A stretch of 64,000 bases of DNA from an uncultured Eubacteriales bacterium (GTDB lineage Bacteria > Bacillota > Clostridia > Oscillospirales > Acutalibacteraceae): positions 22,358-86,357 of the forward strand of contig CAKSFK010000001.1 of the NCBI GenBank assembly GCA_934454655.1, written 5' to 3'. This document shows, one piece after another, positions 17,279 through 25,610 of this stretch. How positions within the stretch are numbered: the stretch's first letter is position 1; every line of letters begins with the position of its first letter. The notes under the pieces are model-generated. The model did no database searches, was not told the DNA's origin, and saw only the letters and a list, made by a program, of their open reading frames with translations. The position numbers were made by a program, and so were the translations under genes.

Positions 17279-17417
17279 TCTGTTTCACTCCGATTTAGGC
17301 GGGTTCGGATATTCTGGTTAGCAGGGGGCGCCGGAATTTAAACCCTGCGCGCCGTGCGGATTTTTAAATAGTCCTGTTGCGGACATATTTACAATACATA
17401 ATATGCCGAAAGAAAAT

Positions 17418-18524
17418 TTATGTCAGTTCTTCTTTTTTCATTTCGTCGCTGTAATATTTTACCGTAACAATGAGCGCAAGGGGCATAAGTATTACCCCGA
17501 ACATTCCGAAAAGCTTAAGCCCCGTAAACATTGCAAGCAGTGTGAACAGCGGGTTTATTCCCACCTGATTGCCTATTATTTTGGGCTCGGCAAAGTTACG
17601 CACCACGGTTATGACCGCGTAAAGCATTATAAGCCCTATGCCGCCCGCCGTGCTGCCGGTCGCGATTTTTATTATTCCCCACGGTATAAGCACCGTTCCC
17701 GTGCCGAGAACAGGCAGAACGTCTATAACCGCGGTGGCGGCGGCAATTAAAAGCGCATCCTTTTCGCCTATTATAAAAAACCCCGCCGAAAGCTCCGCAA
17801 ACGTGATTAAAAACAACAGCAAATATCCCTTTAAAAGCTTTAAAACACTTCCGGAAAAAATGTTTTTAATTTTTTTAAGGCTCTCAAACCTCTTTTTGCC
17901 GCAAAGCTCCCCCAAAAATTTTGTAAGCCCCGAAAAATCCGCGGCAATATAACAGCCCGAAACCGCCGAAATTATAAAGCCCAAAAGCATTCCCGGCACT
18001 CTTTTTACGGTTTTTGCCGCAAAGCCGGACGCGGCGGCGGTAATATATGAAGTTAGCTTTTGCGCGGCGGCGTTTAAAATATCGGGCAGTGTTTCGGCTA
18101 TGCTTTCGGGCAGTTTTCGCGACAGCGCGTCCAGCCGAAGTTCGGCGTTTTTAAGTATGCCGTCCGCCTTAGGCATTAATCCGTAGATGCCGCTCATAAT
18201 ATTCCCAAACGACGAAAAAAGCTTTATTCCGCCAAGCACACCCGCGGCGGCTATTAAGCCGAAAAGCAAAGCGCACATTACAGCCGCCGACGTTCTGCGG
18301 CTAAGCACCGTTTTTTCGGACACTGCCGCCGCCGGCTTTTGAACAACCCATGCGGCAAGCGCGCCCGCAATGAACGGCAAAAGGTATTTAAGCAAAAGTT
18401 TGCATACAATAAAAATCAAAAACAGTAAAGACGCAAAATAAAATAAGTTTAATAAAAATTGCTTTTTTGATTCCTGCTCCAACGCCACACGCTCCTTGGT
18501 AAAAACTTTTATGTATAATGACAA
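17418..18524 (-). CDS. ytvI: Sporulation integral membrane protein YtvI (AI-2E transporter family)
   Basis: It is a 368-aa polytopic protein. The C-terminal core VLPVLGTGTVLIPW...EPKIIG is typical of the AI-2E/YtvI family. Confidence 0.75.
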   Translation of the reverse strand: MSLYIKVFTKERVALEQESKKQFLLNLFYFASLLFLIFIVCKLLLKYLLPFIAGALAAWVVQKPAAAVSEKTVLSRRTSAAVMCALLFGLIAAAGVLGGIKLFSSFGNIMSGIYGLMPKADGILKNAELRLDALSRKLPESIAETLPDILNAAAQKLTSYITAAASGFAAKTVKRVPGMLLGFIISAVSGCYIAADFSGLTKFLGELCGKKRFESLKKIKNIFSGSVLKLLKGYLLLFLITFAELSAGFFIIGEKDALLIAAATAVIDVLPVLGTGTVLIPWGIIKIATGSTAGGIGLIMLYAVITVVRNFAEPKIIGNQVGINPLFTLLAMFTGLKLFGMFGVILMPLALIVTVKYYSDEMKKEELT

Positions 18525-18550
18525 TTATGTGTGAAACGGGCAAAATATTG

Positions 18551-18579
18551 TTGATTTCAGCCTAAAAGTGTACTATAAT
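18551..18579 (+). promoter_or_regulatory. Sigma-A promoter of the ACT-hom-lysC operon
   Basis: TTGATT (18551-18556), 17 nt, TATAAT (18574-18579). Confidence 0.55.
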
Positions 18580-18611
18580 TAAACACAACAGTTTGCACAC
18601 GGAGGACAGAT

Positions 18612-19046
18612 ATGGACAAAGAGAATTATTTAATTGTCAGTCCCAAGGTGTTGCCTTACGTATTTGAAGGGGTTGTGCTTGCAAAGGAGCTGTTGGCGTC
18701 CGGCAGGGCGGCAAGCGCGTCGGCGGCGGCAAAGGCAGCCGGTATTTCAAGAAGCGCCTTTTATAAGTATAAGGATTTTGTCTTTAAATATTCAGCGCCC
18801 GACGGCGATAAGCTGACGCTCGGCGCCACCCTTTCGGACAGGGCGGGGGTATTTTCGGCGCTTACGGCGGAGCTTTACTCATTGGGGGTAAACATAGTCA
18901 CCGTTACCCAGGGCATACCCGAAAACGGGACGGCGGCGGTTTTGCTTACGGCAAACGTTCCGAAGGACCTGCCTGTTGAGGAGTTGCTTGAAAGACTGCG
19001 GCGCATTGACGGAGTAATAACGGTAAGACCCGCGGGGGTCGAGTAA
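18612..19046 (+). CDS. ACT domain-containing protein (UPF0735-like)
   Basis: It is 144 aa. An N-terminal HTH-like segment (GISRSAFYKYKD) is followed by an ACT fold (LTLGATLSDRAGVFSALTAELYSLGVNIVTVTQ). It sits directly upstream of hom. Confidence 0.7.
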   Translation: MDKENYLIVSPKVLPYVFEGVVLAKELLASGRAASASAAAKAAGISRSAFYKYKDFVFKYSAPDGDKLTLGATLSDRAGVFSALTAELYSLGVNIVTVTQGIPENGTAAVLLTANVPKDLPVEELLERLRRIDGVITVRPAGVE

Positions 19047-19083
19047 AAAAACCGATTTTAAAATTACACTGACGGAGGAAAAA

Positions 19084-20319
19084 ATGATTAACACGGCAAT
19101 AATGGGACACGGCGTTGTGGGAAGCGGCGTTGCGGAGATAATGATAAACCACGCCGACCGCACGCAAAAGGCGGCGCACACACCGCTTAACGTAAAATAC
19201 ATTCTGGATTTAAGGGATTTTGAGGAGCTTACCTATTCGGACAAATTCATTAAGGAATTCGGCATTATCTTAAACGACCCCGAGGTTAAAATTGTAGCCG
19301 AGGTTATGGGCGGGATTAATCCCGCTTACGACTTTGTTAAAAAGTGCCTTGAGGCGGGTAAAAGCGTTGTAACCTCTAACAAGGAGCTTGTTGCCGCAAA
19401 GGGCGCCGAGCTTTTGAAAATTGCCGCCGAAAACAACGTTAATTTTCTTTTTGAGGCAAGCGTCGGCGGCGGAATACCAATTATCCGACCTATGTCGCAG
19501 TGCCTTGCGGCAAACGAAATAACCGAGATTCGCGGAATACTTAACGGAACCACAAACTACATTTTAAATAAAATGATAGTGGATAATATGAATTTTGACG
19601 ACGCCCTGACGCTGGCTCAGAAAAAAGGCTACGCCGAAAAAGACCCTGCCGCCGATATTGAGGGACACGACGCCTGCCGCAAGATATGTATTTTGGCGTC
19701 GCTCGCGTTCGGAAAACACGTTTACCCCGAATGGGTTGAAACCGAGGGAATAAGCGACATTTCGCTTGACGATGTTGAGGCGGCGGACAGTTTCGGCTGC
19801 GTTATAAAGCTTATAGGCAGTGCCAAACGCCTTAAAAACGGCAAAATAACTGCCTCGGTGCGCCCCACGCTTGTATCGCGCGAGTGCATTTTATCAGGCG
19901 TTAACGGGGTTTTCAACGCAATCACGGTAACGGGCGATGAAACCGGGGACGTAATGTTTTACGGCAAGGGCGCGGGCAAAAACGCCACGGCAAGCGCGGT
20001 TGTAGCCGATATTATTGACTGCGCCAAGCACCTTGACACCAGAAAATACGTTTTCTGGGACGAGGGTGAACGCAGTTTTGTTGAGGCACATTCCGATGAA
20101 GAAGAGCGCTTTTTTGTGCGGATGTTATCCGATGATTACGAACAGCTGGAAAAACAGTTTGAAGAAAATTTTAAGGGTGCGAGTGTCGTTAAAAACCGTT
20201 TCAGGGGAGAGATATCGTTTTTAACCGCTCCCGTGCGCGAAAACGGGCTGACGGAAAAACTTTCACGCTTTAATAACATAAAAGCGGTAAAGGTACTGCA
20301 CACTATGGGGGTTAACTGA
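19084..20319 (+). CDS. hom: Homoserine dehydrogenase
   Basis: It has the N-terminal NAD fold IMGHGVVGSGV and the core VTSNKEL...GGGIPII...ILNGTTNYIL. A C-terminal ACT-like region is present. Confidence 0.9.
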   Translation: MINTAIMGHGVVGSGVAEIMINHADRTQKAAHTPLNVKYILDLRDFEELTYSDKFIKEFGIILNDPEVKIVAEVMGGINPAYDFVKKCLEAGKSVVTSNKELVAAKGAELLKIAAENNVNFLFEASVGGGIPIIRPMSQCLAANEITEIRGILNGTTNYILNKMIVDNMNFDDALTLAQKKGYAEKDPAADIEGHDACRKICILASLAFGKHVYPEWVETEGISDISLDDVEAADSFGCVIKLIGSAKRLKNGKITASVRPTLVSRECILSGVNGVFNAITVTGDETGDVMFYGKGAGKNATASAVVADIIDCAKHLDTRKYVFWDEGERSFVEAHSDEEERFFVRMLSDDYEQLEKQFEENFKGASVVKNRFRGEISFLTAPVRENGLTEKLSRFNNIKAVKVLHTMGVN

Positions 20320-21534
20320 ATGTCACTTATAGTTAAAAAATTCGGCGGTTCTTCGGTTGCAAATGCCGAGAGGATATTTAATGTCGCAAATATTATAACT
20401 GCGGATTACAAAAAGGGGAACGACGTTGTTGCGGTTGTTTCCGCCCAGGGAGATACCACAGACGAGCTTATTGAAAAGGCAAAGGAAATAAATCCCGACG
20501 GTTCTTCCAAAAGAGAACTTGATATGCTGCTTTCGGCAGGTGAACAGATGTCCGTGGCGCTTCTTGCCATGGCAATTGAAAAGCTGGGATTCCCTGTGAT
20601 CTCACTGCTTGGCTGGCAGGCGGGCTTTGCAACCGATTCAAACCACGGCATCGCAAGAATAAAGCGTGTAAACGCCGAAAGAATAAGGAACGAAATTGCC
20701 AAGCGGAACATTGTTATTGTCGCGGGATTTCAGGGGCTTAACAAATATGACGACATTACGACCCTGGGACGCGGAGGCTCGGACACGAGCGCCGTTGCCA
20801 TTGCCGCATCTATGAAGGCGGACGTTTGCCAGATATACACCGACGTTGACGGCGTTTACACCGCCGACCCGCGCAAGGTTCCAACGGCAAAGAAAATGGA
20901 CGCCATTACCTACGACGAGATGCTTGAGCTCGCAACGCTGGGCGCACAGGTGCTTAACAACCGTTCGGTTGAGATGGCTAAAAAATACAACGTGGAGCTT
21001 GAAGTGCTTTCAAGCCTTGAAAATAAACCGGGTACAACAGTAAAGGAGACCGTTAAAATGGAAAAGACACTTATAAGAGGCGTTGCCAAGGACAGTAATA
21101 TAGCCACAATTTCGGTAATAGGACTAAAGGATACCCCCGGCATTGCGTTCAAGCTGTTTAACAGGCTGGCACAGCACAAGATCAATGTTGATATTATTTT
21201 GCAGTCGGTGGGACGCGACGGCACAAAGGACATAACTTTTACCGTGCCTGCGGACGACGGCAAAACAGCGGTGGACTCTATAAATTCGCTTAAGGATTCA
21301 CTTAACTACAAGGAGCTTACGGTTGACGAATCGGTATCCAAAATATCGGTTGTCGGCGCGGGAATGGAAAGCCACCCGGGCGTTGCCTCAAAAATGTTTG
21401 AAGCGCTTTACGACGCGGGAATAAATATACGTATGATTGCGACAAGCGAAATTAAAATTTCGGTTCTTATCGATTCCGAATATGCCGACAAAGCGGTCCG
21501 AGTTGTTCACGACGCATTTATTTCCGAAATTTAA
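20320..21534 (+). CDS. lysC: Aspartate kinase
   Basis: It has IVKKFGGSSV and LGRGGSDTSA, plus two C-terminal ACT domains. Its start abuts the hom stop. Confidence 0.9.
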   Translation: MSLIVKKFGGSSVANAERIFNVANIITADYKKGNDVVAVVSAQGDTTDELIEKAKEINPDGSSKRELDMLLSAGEQMSVALLAMAIEKLGFPVISLLGWQAGFATDSNHGIARIKRVNAERIRNEIAKRNIVIVAGFQGLNKYDDITTLGRGGSDTSAVAIAASMKADVCQIYTDVDGVYTADPRKVPTAKKMDAITYDEMLELATLGAQVLNNRSVEMAKKYNVELEVLSSLENKPGTTVKETVKMEKTLIRGVAKDSNIATISVIGLKDTPGIAFKLFNRLAQHKINVDIILQSVGRDGTKDITFTVPADDGKTAVDSINSLKDSLNYKELTVDESVSKISVVGAGMESHPGVASKMFEALYDAGINIRMIATSEIKISVLIDSEYADKAVRVVHDAFISEI

Positions 21535-21585
21535 CGTTTTTAAAATTGTATTAAACCTGTTTTCACGCAAATAATAACAGCGTGA

Positions 21586-21642
21586 TTAGGCAGACGCGAA
21601 TAATCCGAACCCGCCCAAAACGGCGTATTTTCGTTTGCCTAC
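21586..21642. repeat. Miniature copy of the TAGGCAAACGAGAATAATCCGAACC MITE family (the two ends are folded back), followed by a T-run
   Basis: TTAGGCAGACGCGAATAATCCGAACCCGCCCAAAACGGCGTATTTTCGTTTGCCTAC is followed by TTTATTTTTTTTT. It shares the end sequence and the CCCAAAACGGCGTATTTTCG block with the copies at 43119 and 44561. Confidence 0.6.
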
Positions 21643-21674
21643 AGGTTTATTTTTTTTTGAAACGGTGATTTGAA

Positions 21675-22688
21675 TTGAAAAGAACAGGCAGACGGACAAT
21701 TATGTTTGAAAACCGCCCCTCGGTTATGGGGTACGGCACGGCGGTCGGAAAAAAGGAACACGAAGGACCCTTATCGGACGAGTTTGATTTTTACACCACG
21801 GACAGCTTTTTCGGTGAAAAATCTTTTGAAAAGGCGGAAAGCAAACTGCAAAAAACCGCCGTTAAAAAGGCGCTTGAGCGGGCGGGGCTTGAACCCGGGG
21901 AGGTGGACAACATCTTCGCCGGAGATCTGCTTAACCAGTGCATAGGCAGTTCCTTCGGTCTGCGCGAGTTCGGAATTCCGTTTATCGGGCTGTATGGTGC
22001 CTGCTCAACAATGGCGCTCTCGGCAGGGCTTGCGGCAATGTTTGCGGACTCCGGGGCGGCAAAGCACACCGTGGCGGTTACCTCCTCACACTTTTGCTCC
22101 GCCGAAAGGCAGTACCGTTTTCCGCTTAACTACGGCTCACAGCGCACGCCTACCGCCCAATGGACGGTGACGGGCTCGGGCGCGCTGGCGCTGGGATGCC
22201 GAAAGGGCGATATTTATATAAATTCCGTAACCTTCGGAGAAATTGAAGATTACGGAATAAAGGACGCAAACAATATGGGTGCGGCAATGGCTCCCGCCGC
22301 CGCGGGTACACTTTTAAACTTTTTTGCCGACACCGGAACAACACCTAAGGATTACGATATAATCTTTACGGGGGACCTAGGCTATGTGGGAACAAACCTG
22401 CTCTATGAGCTGTTGGAGCGTGAGAATGTGGATATACGCTGCCGACACAGCGACTGCGGACTTATTATTTTCGACCGTGAAAATCAAGACGTTCACGCCG
22501 GCGGCTCTGGCTGCGGATGCAGCGCGAGCGTGCTTTGCTCCTATGTTATGCACCGTTTTGAAGCCGGAGATTTTAAAAACATCCTGTTTATGTCAACAGG
22601 CGCGCTTATGTCGCCCACATCGTCGTTTCAGGGTGAAAGCATACCCGGAATTGCACATCTGTTAAATATTAAAAAGGACGAAAAGTAA
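21675..22688 (+). CDS. spoVAD: Stage V sporulation protein AD
   Basis: It shows collinear similarity to B. subtilis SpoVAD from the first residues (MKRTGRRTIMFE vs MKLTGKQTWVFE). It continues through AGDLLNQ, GACST, TSSH..AERQ.R.P..YG, VTGSGA and GGSGC.CSA. The start codon is TTG. Confidence 0.85.
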   Translation: MKRTGRRTIMFENRPSVMGYGTAVGKKEHEGPLSDEFDFYTTDSFFGEKSFEKAESKLQKTAVKKALERAGLEPGEVDNIFAGDLLNQCIGSSFGLREFGIPFIGLYGACSTMALSAGLAAMFADSGAAKHTVAVTSSHFCSAERQYRFPLNYGSQRTPTAQWTVTGSGALALGCRKGDIYINSVTFGEIEDYGIKDANNMGAAMAPAAAGTLLNFFADTGTTPKDYDIIFTGDLGYVGTNLLYELLERENVDIRCRHSDCGLIIFDRENQDVHAGGSGCGCSASVLCSYVMHRFEAGDFKNILFMSTGALMSPTSSFQGESIPGIAHLLNIKKDEK

Positions 22689-22900
22689 TGAAAGAGAAAA
22701 AAAATAAGCCGATACTTGAAGTATCGGCAACCGATTTCGGCGATCCGCCCGAAGACGCAACGGATATGATAAACCGTTACGGCACTTATAACATTCAGCC
22801 CACGGCAAACACCGCAAATATGTACCCGACGGTTGCCCAGGGCTTTAACAAAAAGCAAATTAAAACCGACTGCGACAACCCCGAAAAAGAACGGCGCTAA
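22688..22900 (+). CDS. Hypothetical hydrophilic 70-aa protein, translationally coupled to spoVAD
   Basis: Its ATG overlaps the spoVAD stop (TAATG). It has no TM segment and is not SpoVAC/SpoVAE-like. No family was recognised. Confidence 0.4.
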   Translation: MKEKKNKPILEVSATDFGDPPEDATDMINRYGTYNIQPTANTANMYPTVAQGFNKKQIKTDCDNPEKERR

Positions 22901-23364
22901 TGCCGCCCGAAAACCAGTCTTTTAATACGCCCCGAAAGAGGGCGTATTTTTCTGCGCCACAAAAACCTGGCGGGGTATGCTGCGCGGATAAAAAAGACAT
23001 ACAGGCGGTATGCTTTGCTCTTTTGGCAGTCGTAATATTTACCGTCGCGGTAAAATGCTTTCAGCACGCCCACAATGTCGTCGTCGGTCACGTCGTATTC
23101 CTTGGTAAAAAGGTTATCTCCCCTTATAACATAACCGTTTTTTGTGACCTTAAGTATTCTGTGCAGCACCAGCTTGTCATACCCCGATTTTCTGTAAAGC
23201 GGAACATCGTTTGCGCGGAGCTTACGGTTCACACGCTCAATAATCGCGATATCGCGGTGTTCTCTGAGCATCGGCTGCATACTTGTACCCGCGGTTAAAA
23301 CCGCAACCTCTTCCTGCTCCTTAAGGGCTTCATCGGCATTTTTTATACCCGTTTCGGGATTCAT
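22897..23364 (-). CDS. S24/S26-family (signal-peptidase/LexA-type) serine peptidase-like protein
   Basis: It has the nucleophile motif GTSMQPML, an HRILKV segment (candidate general-base Lys) and a GDN box (IRGDNLF). Its start overlaps the PqqD-like stop (ATGA). Confidence 0.65.
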   Translation of the reverse strand: MNPETGIKNADEALKEQEEVAVLTAGTSMQPMLREHRDIAIIERVNRKLRANDVPLYRKSGYDKLVLHRILKVTKNGYVIRGDNLFTKEYDVTDDDIVGVLKAFYRDGKYYDCQKSKAYRLYVFFIRAAYPARFLWRRKIRPLSGRIKRLVFGRH

Positions 23365-23627
23365 TCAAGAACATCCGCCTTTTTCAATTCTCCCACAAAT
23401 TCGGCCACGGTTTCACGCGCTTCCTGCTCGGTCGCGTCGGTATATTCCTTAAGCAGAGCCGAAACTATATCGTCCTCGGTAACATCGTTTTTAAGCATAT
23501 TAAAAATAAACGCGCCGGTGCCGTTCATTTTAATAAAGCCGTTAAATTTGCTCAGATCGTCCCCGACGGCAACCGCCACAATTTTATCGGCAACCTCATT
23601 GGTAACAAAATTATATTTAAGCTTCAT
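23361..23627 (-). CDS. PqqD-family protein (RiPP recognition element-like peptide chaperone)
   Basis: The 88-aa protein reads ..MNGTGAFIFNMLKNDVTEDDIVSALLKEYTDATEQEARETVAEFVGELKKADVLE, the classical PqqD pattern. The start is set at MKLKYNF (GGAG SD); the track ORF extends to 23693. Confidence 0.75.
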   Translation of the reverse strand: MKLKYNFVTNEVADKIVAVAVGDDLSKFNGFIKMNGTGAFIFNMLKNDVTEDDIVSALLKEYTDATEQEARETVAEFVGELKKADVLE

Positions 23628-23698
23628 ATCTCTTCTCCGTTTCACAAATAATGTACTGATATTGTAGCATATATTCGCTTTGTTTGCAAGCAAAAAAA

Positions 23699-23975
23699 GG
23701 CTGACGTTTACACGTCAGCCTCAGACTGTCGACAAACCCCGGTTTAACTTTGTTGCGGCGTTTACGCCGCATTTTGTTTTTCCGCTGACACGTGCGGCGG
23801 AAAAACACTTTGTAAGCGAAAAACCGCTTATTTGGCGGTTTTTCAAGGGAACAGGGGTGGTATTGGCGGGGATAGAGTGCAGTCCGAAAATCTTTGATTT
23901 TCGAGCGAACGGCATCCCCGACCAAGAGCGTGTCGACTTTTTCGACACGCTCAGGCTGACGTTTACACGTCAGCC
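23699..23975 (-). repeat. Hairpin-rich 233 bp element (core 23721-23953), copy 1, bracketed by a duplicated 22 bp stem-loop
   Basis: GGCTGACGTTTACACGTCAGCC occurs at both 23699-23720 and 23954-23975. The core is the reverse complement of 43401-43633, with about 15 mismatches and no indels by eye. Confidence 0.85.
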
Positions 23976-23997
23976 TGAGTGTGAGACTTTTTTTAAA

Positions 23998-24552
23998 TTA
24001 AGCCTTTATTTTCTTAACGGAAACAAAAGCAGCGCCTGCACAAAGAGCAAGAACAGCAAGAGCTATGGGAGCTGCTGTGTCGGCAGTCTTAGGAGATGTG
24101 CCGGTTGAAGCGGAGCCGGAGGTTGCGGCAACAAGTGCAATTTCGCCTGCTGCGGGAATTGCGGCGGTAAGCTTATTGCCGTTAACGGTTGCCTCAACAG
24201 TAGCAACAGTGCCGTCAGCCTTTTTAACAAGAAGGTATACCTTGCCGCTTGCGTTAAGACCGGAAACGGTAAACTCAACATTTAACGGATAGGTTGCGCT
24301 TGCGCTTGCAACCGCAAGGGTCTTTTTGTCAACTATCTTAAGAGCGGAATTGTCCTTCTTAAGAGCGGCGAGCGCCTCGTCGAATACGCTGTCGGCAACG
24401 GTGCTGTTCTTAACGGAAACAGTAGCGCCTTTGCTTGAAACAGCTGTGATAATGCCGGTAACCTTTTCCGGAGAATCCGCAGCGGAAGCTACGGTTGCGA
24501 AGGCTGTTACTGCCAACGCGAGTGTCAGTACGATTGAAAATACCTTTTTCAT
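23998..24552 (-). CDS. Secreted cell-wall-anchored surface protein (sortase substrate)
   Basis: It has a signal peptide (MKKVFSIVLTLALAVTAFATVASA). The C-terminal sorting signal is SPKTAD, a hydrophobic stretch (AAPIALAVLALCAGAAFVSV) and a basic tail (KKIKA). Its start overlaps the LCP gene stop. Confidence 0.7.
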   Translation of the reverse strand: MKKVFSIVLTLALAVTAFATVASAADSPEKVTGIITAVSSKGATVSVKNSTVADSVFDEALAALKKDNSALKIVDKKTLAVASASATYPLNVEFTVSGLNASGKVYLLVKKADGTVATVEATVNGNKLTAAIPAAGEIALVAATSGSASTGTSPKTADTAAPIALAVLALCAGAAFVSVKKIKA

Positions 24553-25610
24553 GATGATTTTCCTTTCAAATTTTGTTTTTTATAAAATGCATCCAACGAC
24601 AAATCGAAAAGCTTGTTCTCGTCGACCTCAAGGGTTTCGTACGTTCCGTCCGAACCTACCGTACCCTCAACGCCGCGGACACTGTAACTTGCCGATGCCG
24701 CTTCGGAAGCAAGATATGCCGCACTTGTTGCGTCCACATTCGTAAGCGTGTTTGACGCAAGCCTGCCGTACATTTTCGCGGGCAGCGTTAAATCCTTAAG
24801 CGTTGCTGCCTTTGCCTGCGAAACAAATGATGAAACAAAAGCCTTTTGCCGTTCAAACCGCGGGGCGTTAAGCTCATTTCTGAAACGCAGGTACTTAAGC
24901 GCGTTACTGCCCTTTATTACCACGTCTGCCCCGTTTTTAAACCTGTAATCGGCTCTCGTCATATCCTCATCAATGTGAACCGGCACACCGTCTACCGCGT
25001 CCACCAATTCACTGACAGCATTCATATAAATTGTGTAGTAACCGTTTATGGGCAGGTCATACAAAAGCTTTGAAACCGCCTTAACGGTATTTTCGGAGGC
25101 CTTCCTCTCATCATCGCTGTAAGTATATGCAAGGCATATCTGCTGCTTTGATGTTGCAAAATAGTCCCCGTTTATATCATAGGAGTCAACATACGCCATT
25201 GTGTTGCGCGAAATCGCAATAATATTTGCCCTGTCGGCATTTGTATCAAGCGAAACCAGATAAAGCGCGTCCGCCTGGTGCTTTTCGTTGTTGCCGGGTT
25301 TATTGCGGTCAACCCCTATAATCAGTATATTAATAAGCTTGTCGTTATAATTGTAAGCCTCACCGCGGTAGTAGACGTCCGCATCCTCGGGAAATGTGTC
25401 GCTGTCGCTCGCGGGGAGTTGCGCTTTCTTTCCGTCAGACCGTTTTCTCAGTCTTAACTCGCCGTTCTTAAGCACACCGAAGATTGAAGCCGTGATAACA
25501 AGCACTGCCCCCAAAACAACCGAAAGCGTTATTATAAGCTTGCGGTGTTTCGGCTTTTTTGCGGCGTCGGGCTGTTTTAAATGCCTGCCGCTATTGGTCC
25601 TTGCTGTCAT
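24549..25610 (-). CDS. LytR-CpsA-Psr (LCP) family cell-envelope phosphotransferase
   Basis: An N-terminal TM anchor is followed by NILIIGVDRN....ADALYLVSLD and the rest of an LCP domain. The start is set at MTARTN (GGGAG SD); the track ORF extends to 25646. Confidence 0.75.
   Translation of the reverse strand: MTARTNSGRHLKQPDAAKKPKHRKLIITLSVVLGAVLVITASIFGVLKNGELRLRKRSDGKKAQLPASDSDTFPEDADVYYRGEAYNYNDKLINILIIGVDRNKPGNNEKHQADALYLVSLDTNADRANIIAISRNTMAYVDSYDINGDYFATSKQQICLAYTYSDDERKASENTVKAVSKLLYDLPINGYYTIYMNAVSELVDAVDGVPVHIDEDMTRADYRFKNGADVVIKGSNALKYLRFRNELNAPRFERQKAFVSSFVSQAKAATLKDLTLPAKMYGRLASNTLTNVDATSAAYLASEAASASYSVRGVEGTVGSDGTYETLEVDENKLFDLSLDAFYKKQNLKGKSS

Noticed and set aside
23721-23948. 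75-aa and 90-102-aa ORFs inside both copies of the 233 bp element (23721-23948 and 23617-23925 on the minus strand; 43406-43633 and 43429-43701 on the plus strand), which could suggest a conserved small basic protein.
   Set aside because: Of the roughly 15 nucleotide differences between the copies, about 11 change the amino acid (for example LH/LL, V/A, QI/RT, K/R, S/G, T/S, LNR/SDC). That shows no purifying selection on the protein. There is no SD, the start would be a GTG inside a perfect hairpin, and the frame simply spans a chain of stem-loops. The element is better explained as a structured DNA/RNA element.
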